A program made the translations under genes and the position numbers. Below are positions 24,906 to 32,846 of a stretch of 32,910 nucleotides of DNA, piece after piece (the stretch's first letter is position 1; every line of letters starts with the position of its first letter). The notes under the pieces are model-generated. The model saw only the letters and a program-made list of their open reading frames with translations, had not been told where the DNA came from and ran no database searches. The stretch is from a virus (lineage: Duplodnaviria > Caudoviricetes). The DNA is taken from the IMG/VR virus record IMGVR_UViG_3300028906_000009, positions 1 through 32,910 of that record. One strand, given 5' to 3'.

Positions 24906-26627
24906 CTACTTGGCTTTCCGTCCACCGCCGCCGCCGGCGCCGCGCCGGCCGCCGACCGGGAAGCCCAGGACGCCCTTGACGAGCTCCTCGGTCTTCTCCT
25001 CCTTGGCCGCCTTCGCCTGGGCCTTCTGCCGCTCGCGCAACCGGGCGAGGAGGAGCTCGGCGCCGGGCGGGTGCAGCATGTGGATCAGGTCTTCGCTGTC
25101 GATCGCTCCTGCTCGAGCAAGCGCAATAGCGACCTGACGATTGTCCTCCGCAAACGCCGGGGAGGCAGAGTGGCTGTCGACTTGGACTTGGAAGCCGCTC
25201 GGGAGTTGCGAGAGGAGGAACTCGGTGCCCTGCTCCGTTTTGTAGACGAGCGCGTCCATGGCTTGCATGACGCGGAGGGCGAGGTAGCCGGTGTCGGCCA
25301 GCTGTCGCTCAATTCGAGAGGCCTGATCGATAAGGTGGGGTGACGAAGTTCTAACCAGGGTCTGAGCGTGGACTCCAGCGCGGACGCCGCTTTCGCCTTG
25401 TCCCGACATGATCGGGCTGAAGCCGCTAGCTTCATCAAACAATCCGAAAATAAACTCGAGCTCCTGGAGGTAATTCTCCGGCGGCGGCTCCAGTAGTTTT
25501 TGGGCCTTTGCATTGGGATTTGGGTCATTAATAAAACCTCCTTCATTGACAATTTTATAGTATTGCTCCTCGGTGATGGAGGTAAACCCTGAGAATACTT
25601 GCGGCGCATTAACATTTCTATCCCACATGACTTTGATGTCGCGCAGTCGCTTGTTGAGCAGATCCTGCAGCATCTGCACGTCGGCGATGATCGACCGGCC
25701 CCAGAAATAGCCAGGCGTTTGCTGGCCCTGAACCTTGACGAAGGCGTGCTTGCCGGGGACGCGCGACAAGTTGCGCCGCTGCTTTTCGCCCTCGAGGATG
25801 ATGTCGGGGTAGATGCACTGGATCGTCGTCCAGTCGCCGTCGCGATCGCGATCGCGGATCCACACCTCGCAATGGCGCACCGTCGGCTGGAACCGCCGCT
25901 GTGGCCGCCAAGGGGTCGGCACCGGGAACACATTGACAATGCCGGCGGCCGAGGACGGGGCGTCGCCGACGTCGCCGAGCGGCTGCAAGCCCCCGACCAC
26001 CATCTGGTGGAAATAGGTCTGGTCCTCCTCGTCCCGGACGGTCGGACGCGACTCGTCGATGCGCGCCATGAGCTCGTCCCGGTCGGGGTGCTCGGCCAGC
26101 ATCGAGCGTAGCCGCGACATAGTCGGGAACGAGACGTGGCAGAACGCCTCCTGCTCGTCGAGGTTGAGAGTCGTCTCGTTGAGCACGCCGAAATTCTGGG
26201 GATGCACCGGAGCGGTCTTGAACGAGCCGCCGTCGCCGTCGGGAAGCACCTTGAGCAGCTGGCATCCGTTGACCAGGGCCCACACCACCGCCTCCGAGAA
26301 CGTCACGTCCGCGTCGGTCTGGCGAAAGTCGGTCGACAGCTTCTCGCCGACCAGCTGCGCGCGGTCGAGGACGTCCTCTTCCTCGCCGGAATCGTAGACC
26401 AGCTGGAAGCGGACGTCCGTCGGCTGCATCAAAAAACCCGCCAACTTGTCCACGAATGGCTTGGTCTTGTTGAAGATCGCCGCCCGGTTGTCCATCGCCC
26501 CCATGTAGTAGTATTGGGCGGCGCGGCTGTAGACCATGCCCCGCTCGGACGCGCTGGCCATGCACTCGTCGATGATCTCTTTGATCCAGAGTTCGAGGAA
26601 GCCGGCCTTGTCGGGGATTCTGAGCAT
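24906..26627 (-). CDS. Portal protein
   Basis: 573 aa between TerL and the scaffold/MCP; YFWGRSII..V..LQ..LN and F..ASG...MSG motifs of podoviral portals. Confidence 0.88.
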   Translation of the reverse strand: MLRIPDKAGFLELWIKEIIDECMASASERGMVYSRAAQYYYMGAMDNRAAIFNKTKPFVDKLAGFLMQPTDVRFQLVYDSGEEEDVLDRAQLVGEKLSTDFRQTDADVTFSEAVVWALVNGCQLLKVLPDGDGGSFKTAPVHPQNFGVLNETTLNLDEQEAFCHVSFPTMSRLRSMLAEHPDRDELMARIDESRPTVRDEEDQTYFHQMVVGGLQPLGDVGDAPSSAAGIVNVFPVPTPWRPQRRFQPTVRHCEVWIRDRDRDGDWTTIQCIYPDIILEGEKQRRNLSRVPGKHAFVKVQGQQTPGYFWGRSIIADVQMLQDLLNKRLRDIKVMWDRNVNAPQVFSGFTSITEEQYYKIVNEGGFINDPNPNAKAQKLLEPPPENYLQELEFIFGLFDEASGFSPIMSGQGESGVRAGVHAQTLVRTSSPHLIDQASRIERQLADTGYLALRVMQAMDALVYKTEQGTEFLLSQLPSGFQVQVDSHSASPAFAEDNRQVAIALARAGAIDSEDLIHMLHPPGAELLLARLRERQKAQAKAAKEEKTEELVKGVLGFPVGGRRGAGGGGGRKAK

Positions 26628-27104
26628 CTACCAGACCTTGATGGCTCTCCGTTTCGAAGCCGCGATCAGATCAGGCTGTTGGCCCGTGCTGAGCGCGGCC
26701 TGGAGAACGTCGAGCCCATTGCCTTGCGGGCCCTCGGAGTAGCGGTGCTGGCGGTGCTGGCGGCCGATGTCAATCGCTTGCTGCACGGTTTGCTGCGCCG
26801 CTTGCCAGGCCGCCGGCGGCAGGTTGGCCGATTGATCCTTGTAGCGGACCTTGGGTGTCCCCCCCTGGCGATTGTCGAACTTGGCGTTGGCGACATGGTA
26901 GTCGTTCGCCATGATGTCCTCGGCGATGCCGACCGCCTTACCGCGCAGCGAGCCGCCGATCGCCGGCGGCCTGAACACCTGATTGACCTCGCGCGCGTCG
27001 CAGGCCTCGCAGGAGGGCAAGGGCGCGTCCCACTGGTCGGCCGAGAGCACGACCTCCATCATGTGCCCGCACTCGCCGCACATGTACGATCGCGCGATCG
27101 GCAT
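26628..27104 (-). CDS. FmdB-like zinc-ribbon protein
   Basis: Start MPIARSYMCGECGH...CEAC at 27104 (TGATG coupling); common immediately upstream of portals. Confidence 0.8.
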   Translation of the reverse strand: MPIARSYMCGECGHMMEVVLSADQWDAPLPSCEACDAREVNQVFRPPAIGGSLRGKAVGIAEDIMANDYHVANAKFDNRQGGTPKVRYKDQSANLPPAAWQAAQQTVQQAIDIGRQHRQHRYSEGPQGNGLDVLQAALSTGQQPDLIAASKRRAIKVW

Positions 27105-27259
27105 CAGTATCTCGTCGGTTCGTAGTGGCGCACGGCGCCGCAGCGGTCGCATTGCCAGCCGCGACAGATCACGCCGTCATGCCAGCCCGAGACGGGATGA
27201 CCGCCGCACCAGCCCCAGCGGCATTTGAACCATTGAAGAAGCTGTCGGAGCGCCATCAT
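27104..27259 (-). CDS. Small Cys/Trp-rich protein (51 aa)
   Basis: MMALRQLLQWFKCRWGWC...WQCDRCG; coupled on both sides. Confidence 0.6.
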   Translation of the reverse strand: MMALRQLLQWFKCRWGWCGGHPVSGWHDGVICRGWQCDRCGAVRHYEPTRY

Positions 27260-27426
27260 GGCGTCCTCGCCAAGGTGACGGGGGCGTTGCGGCGGCTGCG
27301 ATGGCTCATGGCGTGGTGCTTCCACGGATTGTTGCGTTTCCTGTTCGACAGGGCGCACGCGCAAGCCCGGCACATTCCCGTCTTGCCGGTCCCCTTCACT
27401 GGTTTGCTGCAGCGCGGGCAGGTCAT
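27256..27426 (-). CDS. Small basic Zn-finger protein (56 aa)
   Basis: MTCPRC...MCRAC; ATGA coupling. Confidence 0.6.
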   Translation of the reverse strand: MTCPRCSKPVKGTGKTGMCRACACALSNRKRNNPWKHHAMSHRSRRNAPVTLARTP

Positions 27427-27605
27427 ACAAACCCCAGCAACCAGAGGATGAGGAACACGACGAGGATCACGCCGACGATCCCCAGCCCGCCGTTGCCGTA
27501 GCCATAGCCATACTGCCAATTCGGATTGAAGCGCGGCCCGGCCAAGCCCCCGAATAGGATCAGGATCAGGAGGATGACGACGACGATGCCGAGCGGACTG
27601 CGCAT
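27423..27605 (-). CDS. DUF3309-like small membrane protein
   Basis: Two hydrophobic helices joined by a W..GYGY..GGLG loop. Confidence 0.75.
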   Translation of the reverse strand: MRSPLGIVVVILLILILFGGLAGPRFNPNWQYGYGYGNGGLGIVGVILVVFLILWLLGFV

Positions 27606-27606
27606 G

Positions 27607-27945
27607 TCAGTCTTTCCAGGTCGCTGCTTTCACGCTCCACATCTGAGCGCCCTGCGCCTCGGTGATGGCGATCGACCACAGCCGGTGCGCGCCGCTGCCG
27701 GCCATGAGCGATTGTCGCTTCATCTCGCAGAGGTCGATGATCTTCGCGTACTCGCGCTTGAGCTCGTCCACGATCGGATCGCCGCTCGGGTTGAAGGTCA
27801 GGCCGACGGCCTTCTCGCCGAAGGTCAGATTGTTCGCGGGCAAGCGTTTTGGTGGCGGCTGTTCGACGACTGGCGAATCGGTGGGCTCGGGATCGCCAGG
27901 CTCGGGCGGATCGGGATCGGGTTTCGGTTGCGGTGCTTTCGGCAT
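27607..27945 (-). CDS. Acb2/Tad1-like hairpin protein (putative cyclic-nucleotide sponge) with Pro-rich N-terminus
   Basis: TAATG coupling to TerL; TFGEKAVGLTFNPSGD.IVDELK...RLWSIAITEAQGAQMWSVKA. CDS is solid; family assignment is from memory of the motif. Confidence 0.65.
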   Translation of the reverse strand: MPKAPQPKPDPDPPEPGDPEPTDSPVVEQPPPKRLPANNLTFGEKAVGLTFNPSGDPIVDELKREYAKIIDLCEMKRQSLMAGSGAHRLWSIAITEAQGAQMWSVKAATWKD

Positions 27946-29753
27946 TAAAACTTCTCCGCTCTGGCTCGCGCGCCCACCTTCGTGTTGATCCGACGGATGT
28001 GCTCCGAGAAGGCGAACGAGAGCACGGTGCCGGCGTTCTGGGGCGGCGGCTCGCCTTTGACCGAATCCCAGGTCAAGTTGCGCGCGATCAGGCCGGCGCG
28101 CCGCCACTCGGTCCAGGTATGATGGGCCAAGACCATCGCGCTGACTAGGTCGTCGTTCTCGCCGGTGTCAGGGCCGGCGCCGATCCAGCCCTCCTCCTCG
28201 ACGATCGCCTGCATTTGCTGCACCAGTCGAATCGAGCGGAACTCCACCCGGCGCAGCATCAGCGAATCGCGGAGCTCCGAATAGACGTAGTGCTTGTTGT
28301 CCTGGTTGGTCTTCCACGCGATGACATTTCCGGCCCCGCCCAGCGTGTCGGCGCGGCGGTACAGGAACCAGCGCACCGCGCCGATCATGTTGAGGATCTG
28401 ATCCGAGTCCTGCTCGGCCTGCAGGATCCCGCGCTCGGCCAATTGTCGCAGGTTGCGGACCTCGGGCAGGACCGCGGCGCCGACGCCGCTCACCTCGATG
28501 TTCGCCAGGTGATCGCGGTAAGCGCCGGCGAGGTGCGACAGCACCCACGCGAATTGATAGGTCAGCGGCTTGTTGGAGGCGAACTCCGCGACCTGGACGA
28601 GCCGATCGGCGTAGCAGCGCATGACCTGGATGGCGTGGTCGTTAGCGTCCCCCCCGCCGCCCCCCGATGGATCGCCGCCGATGACGTACACGCCCTTTTC
28701 CTCCGGGGGCTCCCACACCCGGAGCATCACGTCGTCGCGGTTCGTCGTCTGGACGATCCTGGAGCCCAGGAAGGCATCCTCGAAGATATACCGGTAGCCC
28801 TTGTAAGGCGGCCCCTCCGCTAGACTCTCGTGGATCTCCAACGTCCGACGGGCTGGGAAGAAAGACGAACCCGAGGCGACGAAGCACTGCCTCTCGGTCC
28901 ATGGATAGTGGCGTTCCATGTATTCGGGGGCGCTGAACTCCGATTCCCGTCTCCACCATGCGACCTGCTCCGGGGTGACCGTCACCTTGTATTGCGCCCG
29001 GACCTGGCGCGCGAGTGTGAGCTCGTCGTCGGTGAGGTGTCCGTCCCAGTAGATCTTGTAGTCGGGGTCTTTCTTGTCGATCGCATAGGTCGGGTTGGCC
29101 CAGAACCCGATGAAGATGAACCGCATGTGGCGGTCCTTCTTCGCCTGTTGGCAGTGGTTGAACCACCAATTGTAGCCGTTGGCGATCGACTCCCAGATGT
29201 ACAGCCGGGACGGATTGAGCCTGGCCAGCGAGGCCTTCAGGCTCTCGACGCCGGCGAGGCTTTTCCACTGCGCGCACTCCGTCATGTGCGCCATGTTGAG
29301 GGCGCGGGACGCGCCGAGGTCGGGGTTGGTCGCCGCCGCCATCAGGTCGATCACCGACCGATTCGCGAACACCATCGAGTTGCGGTTGTCTTTGATCAGC
29401 CGGTGCTCGGGCGATTTCCACTCAGGGGGAAGGGTTTCAAGCAAAGCTGCAAAAATGCGACGTAAACGCTCAAGGTTGTCGGTTCTGTCGGCAATAATGG
29501 CACCTTGCACTCCGGGGTTGGCCAGCGCCCAGAATAATTCGATCACGCTGCAGACGGTAGTGATCGCAACCTGGCGGCACTTGAGGACGACGAACTCATG
29601 CACGTCCTCCTCGAGCCCCTTCGCCACCGCATCGATGACCAGGCGCTGCGACATCCACGGGTCGACGTGGCATCTACCGCCTTCTTTGGTGTCGATTTCA
29701 ACCGCCGACAGGAGGGCGTAGATGCCCTCGCGGATGCTAGGTCGTGCTGCCAT
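27945..29753 (-). CDS. terL: Terminase large subunit
   Basis: VLKCRQVAITT (Walker A region), AHMTECAQW (Walker B), ESIANG, YVIGGDPSGG and DDLVSA nuclease motifs. Confidence 0.95.
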   Translation of the reverse strand: MAARPSIREGIYALLSAVEIDTKEGGRCHVDPWMSQRLVIDAVAKGLEEDVHEFVVLKCRQVAITTVCSVIELFWALANPGVQGAIIADRTDNLERLRRIFAALLETLPPEWKSPEHRLIKDNRNSMVFANRSVIDLMAAATNPDLGASRALNMAHMTECAQWKSLAGVESLKASLARLNPSRLYIWESIANGYNWWFNHCQQAKKDRHMRFIFIGFWANPTYAIDKKDPDYKIYWDGHLTDDELTLARQVRAQYKVTVTPEQVAWWRRESEFSAPEYMERHYPWTERQCFVASGSSFFPARRTLEIHESLAEGPPYKGYRYIFEDAFLGSRIVQTTNRDDVMLRVWEPPEEKGVYVIGGDPSGGGGGDANDHAIQVMRCYADRLVQVAEFASNKPLTYQFAWVLSHLAGAYRDHLANIEVSGVGAAVLPEVRNLRQLAERGILQAEQDSDQILNMIGAVRWFLYRRADTLGGAGNVIAWKTNQDNKHYVYSELRDSLMLRRVEFRSIRLVQQMQAIVEEEGWIGAGPDTGENDDLVSAMVLAHHTWTEWRRAGLIARNLTWDSVKGEPPPQNAGTVLSFAFSEHIRRINTKVGARARAEKF

Positions 29754-29949
29754 GCGGCGCGTCCGTCGCCTCGGGGTGCGGCTCGGCGTCGTAGATCAGG
29801 TCGAACGCCTTCTCCATGATCTCGAGCCAACGCTGGCGATCAGCGACGGCGAAGTAGTCGCCGGGCGCCGGCAGATGCTCGAGCAGCGCATCGATGAGCG
29901 GGTCAAGCGCCATCCCGTTGTCTTCGGGCTCTATCTTCGCCTTTGGCAT
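29737..29949 (-). CDS. Hypothetical protein (70 aa)
   Basis: SD GGAGG; LDPLIDALLEHLP...RWLEIMEKAFDLIY. Confidence 0.75.
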   Translation of the reverse strand: MPKAKIEPEDNGMALDPLIDALLEHLPAPGDYFAVADRQRWLEIMEKAFDLIYDAEPHPEATDAPHGSTT

Positions 29950-29957
29950 GTTCCCTC

Positions 29958-31394
29958 CTAGAGGGGTCCGAGGTCCACGATGACGATTTGCGAGCGGTCT
30001 AGCACAAGCACATTGCCGCCAGCGACCGTGTAAGGAATCGGCGCTCCCCCGGTGATGGCGAAGGCGTTCAACTGCACCGCGACATTGAGCGTCGTCACGC
30101 CAGCGGCGGGGGTGACGAAGAAATTGACGGAAAAACCGGCGCTAGGGTCGGTCACAGTGCCGCCGAAGCCAAAAATGCGCTGTTCGGGCGTGGGTGAGAT
30201 GGGGACGCGAGCGCCAATTCCGGCGACGTTGTTGACGCCCTTGAGGTTGCAATTGACGCTGACCATCAGCATCGACGTGACGCCGGGGCGGGGCGGCAGG
30301 GTGCAGGGGATGTTGGCGATCTGCGTCCAATCGCCGTTGCCCGGAATGACAATATCGGCGGGGACGTTGTAGACGACCGGCTTGGCGCGGAGGCTGTCGA
30401 CTTGCGTCAGTTGCAGATAGCGAGCGTCGCCTTGCGTCTGGTCGAGGATGGGTTGCGGGTTGGTGCCGTCGTTCGCCCTGACGACCAGCGGATAGTTACC
30501 GGTGCCTTTGGTGAACACAATTGCGTTGTCGGTTTCGCTCCACGCGAGGCTAGCGCCGCGCACATAGAGATTGAGTTTGGCCATGACGGGCGGGCCGGTT
30601 GTCCCAATCATGTTGATGTCGCCGGTCATGTTGCCGCCCGACAAGGGCAAGAAATCGCCCCCGCCGCCGCCTATGCGCTCGTAGCGGGTGTCCGCGTATC
30701 GGATGTTGAGTGCATCGGTCGCGTTGGCCGGGTCGCCCACCCCACTGAGAATTTGGCCCGCGAGATTGACGGGGACGAAAAACGCCGCGACGGTCGGCTG
30801 TATCTGCGACACGATCTGTCCGCTGACGGTCGTCACCAGAAGGCCGCCCGTGCCGCCGGTGCGATAAAGGCCGGTCGAGTTCTCGCCAATAGCAAGACCC
30901 GGATTGGTGGCGCTGCCGCCGTCGCGGGTGATGAGCGGCCCGATCATCTGGCCGCCCGCCTTGGCGAGGTAGTCGGTCAGGTCGGCGGCGGTTGCGTAGT
31001 TCCCGGCGGGCTGGAAGTTCGTGAGGACGTCGTCGAGCGAAAGCCAGGTGACAGCCGATCCGGCGCTCGCCCGCGCCCAGCCGTAGGTCGATCGGCGCGA
31101 GGTCGCCGCCGGCGCTTCCTCGACAACGGGTTGCCAGGTGTAGTTATACCTCCCATAGTAGTTATTATCGGCTGGCGCTTCGGGGATGTTGGCGAGCGGT
31201 TCCTGATAGCCGTCACCGTCGCGGCGTTGCCAGCGCCCGGCGAGGAACCCCTGCGTGATCGTGGCGTCGGTCGGCCACTTGGTTTGACCCGGCGTCGCGC
31301 GAGCCACCGCCACCTCGAGCTCGGCGATTCGACTGAGGGCGGCGGACAATTGTTGGGCGAGCGCGCGGACCTGCCTATCGCTACGGTTGTTCAC
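29958..31394 (-). CDS. Tail fibre / receptor-binding protein
   Basis: IPEAPADNNYYGR, YLAKAGGQMIGPL, FLPLSGGNMTGDI and DP.NATDALN fibre motifs; SD GGAG, GTG start. Confidence 0.8.
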   Translation of the reverse strand: MNNRSDRQVRALAQQLSAALSRIAELEVAVARATPGQTKWPTDATITQGFLAGRWQRRDGDGYQEPLANIPEAPADNNYYGRYNYTWQPVVEEAPAATSRRSTYGWARASAGSAVTWLSLDDVLTNFQPAGNYATAADLTDYLAKAGGQMIGPLITRDGGSATNPGLAIGENSTGLYRTGGTGGLLVTTVSGQIVSQIQPTVAAFFVPVNLAGQILSGVGDPANATDALNIRYADTRYERIGGGGGDFLPLSGGNMTGDINMIGTTGPPVMAKLNLYVRGASLAWSETDNAIVFTKGTGNYPLVVRANDGTNPQPILDQTQGDARYLQLTQVDSLRAKPVVYNVPADIVIPGNGDWTQIANIPCTLPPRPGVTSMLMVSVNCNLKGVNNVAGIGARVPISPTPEQRIFGFGGTVTDPSAGFSVNFFVTPAAGVTTLNVAVQLNAFAITGGAPIPYTVAGGNVLVLDRSQIVIVDLGPL

Positions 31395-31418
31395 AACCGT
31401 TCTCCCGTGCTAGACGCG

Positions 31419-31451
31419 AAAACGCCTCGCCCGTTGTCTCCGGACGAGGCG
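31419..31451 (-). terminator. Rho-independent terminator upstream of the virion operon
   Basis: Minus-strand stem CGCCTCGTCCG / CGGGCGAGGCG followed by TTTT. Confidence 0.6.
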
Positions 31452-31478
31452 CCACGCTTAAGCGTGTTTGGCGACAGT

Positions 31479-31514
31479 CGCCACCGGGCGCGCTGGCTCG
31501 GTGGCGGTTTTTTT
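31479..31514 (+). terminator. Rho-independent terminator (plus strand)
   Basis: Stem CGCCACCGGGC / GCTCGGTGGCG followed by G and T7. Confidence 0.65.
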
Positions 31515-31660
31515 CAGCTGTGCAGCCAGATGCCTATCAGGCCGCCCACGAACAACACGCCCAACCATCGAAGATCTGATCGAGGCACGCCGACGTGCTC
31601 TGCGATCATCAGGAGCAGCGCCAAGACCAGCCCCGCACCCCACGCCTGGAGGTCGCTCAC
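31514..31660 (-). CDS. Small membrane protein (48 aa)
   Basis: Hand translation MSDLQAWGAGLVLALLLMIAEHVGVPRSDLRWLGVLFVGGLIGIWLHS; GTGA overlap; SD GAGG. Confidence 0.65.
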   Translation of the reverse strand: MSDLQAWGAGLVLALLLMIAEHVGVPRSDLRWLGVLFVGGLIGIWLHS

Positions 31661-31872
31661 CTAAACCCCTCGATCCAACGCCGGATCGCCGCCGGGTCGC
31701 CCTGGTCGTAGTACATCATGCCCAGGCGCAGGAGGACGGGACTCGGGTTCGTCTGGGGATGCTTCTGCAGATCGCTGCCCATCGAGGCGATCGCGTTCAC
31801 CATGTCGCCGGCGTCGAGGTACTCGAGCGCCCGCTGCTTGCACCAGGCCAGATGCTCCTCGCGCGTCCTCAT
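31657..31872 (-). CDS. Phage hypothetical protein (71 aa)
   Basis: MRTREEHLAWCKQRALEYL...; ATGA overlap. Confidence 0.8.
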   Translation of the reverse strand: MRTREEHLAWCKQRALEYLDAGDMVNAIASMGSDLQKHPQTNPSPVLLRLGMMYYDQGDPAAIRRWIEGFR

Positions 31873-32090
31873 TTGAACGTCACTCCCTTGCTGAACTGCC
31901 ACTCGAAACACACGCTGTCGTCGTCGCGGCCGATGATGCGAACCATGCGGATCACGCCCATCTGCGCAGCCGGCCTGGTGGTGTAGCTGTGCGCCAGTTT
32001 CACAGCGTCTTCGGCCGACAGGTTTTCGCCGACTTTCTCGTGCCAATCGCCGGGCAGGTACTGCCAGACGTCGAAACGCTCTTCGCTCAT
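31869..32090 (-). CDS. Phage hypothetical protein (73 aa)
   Basis: Coupled on both sides. Confidence 0.78.
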   Translation of the reverse strand: MSEERFDVWQYLPGDWHEKVGENLSAEDAVKLAHSYTTRPAAQMGVIRMVRIIGRDDDSVCFEWQFSKGVTFK

Positions 32091-32416
32091 CGCAGCGCCC
32101 CCGCGACTTTGGTGACCAGCGCGCGGCCCTTGTGCGTGAGCGCGTAGACCTTCTCACGTTGGTTGGTGACATTGGTGCGGCCCTCGACCAGGCCGAGGCC
32201 CGCGTGCTTGTTGCGGTCGACTTCGCCCAGGTCGAGCAGGTGGCGCGACATCGTCGTCGCCGAGATCCCGGCCCGCTTGGAATAGTCGTCGACCGTCAAC
32301 CCTTCCTTCATGGCGACGGTGAACAGGCTCATGAGCTTGTTGACCGGCATCTCGCGCACCGGCTCGAGGGCGACGAGCAATTTGCGCCCGAAGTGCTCCA
32401 GTTCATTCAGATCCAT
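32087..32416 (-). CDS. MarR-like winged-helix DNA-binding protein
   Basis: Start MDLNELE at 32416; EGLTV......GIS..TMSRHLLDLG...GLGLV......R.K...LT.KG. Confidence 0.85.
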   Translation of the reverse strand: MDLNELEHFGRKLLVALEPVREMPVNKLMSLFTVAMKEGLTVDDYSKRAGISATTMSRHLLDLGEVDRNKHAGLGLVEGRTNVTNQREKVYALTHKGRALVTKVAGALR

Positions 32417-32595
32417 CAGACTTTCTCCGTTTCGATGATGAGCTCCAGACGGTGGAGGAACGCCTCGAGGTAGCCGAACGCGAAGCGGTAGGCCTCGAGC
32501 TCGGTCGGATAGCTCGCGATGAACTTGCGATCGCGGACCAGGTAGACGCCCCACTTGTTGCGCGGGTGCGCCATCGGGCGAATCTCGATCAGCAT
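32416..32595 (-). CDS. Hypothetical protein (59 aa)
   Basis: Hand translation MLIEIRPMAHPRNKWGVYLVRDRKF...; SD GAGG; TGATG coupling at both ends. Confidence 0.7.
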   Translation of the reverse strand: MLIEIRPMAHPRNKWGVYLVRDRKFIASYPTELEAYRFAFGYLEAFLHRLELIIETEKV

Positions 32596-32780
32596 CAGAT
32601 TTCCTCGTCATCGGGGATGACGACAGGCGCCGGGAACAGCCGATCGCGCAGCGCCTTGGTGGCTTCGACTCGCTTCGCCAGCTTGCCGTTGTGCTGGTAC
32701 GCTGTCTTCAGCATGAGCAGGCGCGTGTTCAGCGCCTGATAGACGATGAACGCCTCGCGGGTCTTCAGTCTCAATTTCAT
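32595..32780 (-). CDS. Hypothetical protein (61 aa)
   Basis: SD AGGAG before ATG 32780 (MKLRLKTREAF...). Confidence 0.75.
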   Translation of the reverse strand: MKLRLKTREAFIVYQALNTRLLMLKTAYQHNGKLAKRVEATKALRDRLFPAPVVIPDDEEI

Positions 32781-32816
32781 GGTTCTGTCTCCTATGCGCG
32801 TCAGGCGACGCCACAC

Positions 32817-32846
32817 AGGTGTAGCATATATATAAGGTGTATGCAA
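32817..32846 (-). promoter_or_regulatory. sigma70-type promoter candidate for the leftward small-gene operon
   Basis: Minus strand TTGCAT, 17 nt AT-rich spacer, TACACC(T); overlapping AGGTGTA direct repeats. Confidence 0.55.

Noticed and set aside
24233-24925. N-terminal 230-aa extension of the PEP-CTERM ORF in the track
   Set aside because: Overlaps the real 24271-24789 gene; the signal peptide and SD place the start at 24232.
8887-31664. Long plus-strand ORFs (e.g. 8887-9960, 17695-19440, 19515-20753, 30402-31664)
   Set aside because: Antisense shadows of high-GC3 minus-strand genes; no motifs and no SD/coupling pattern.
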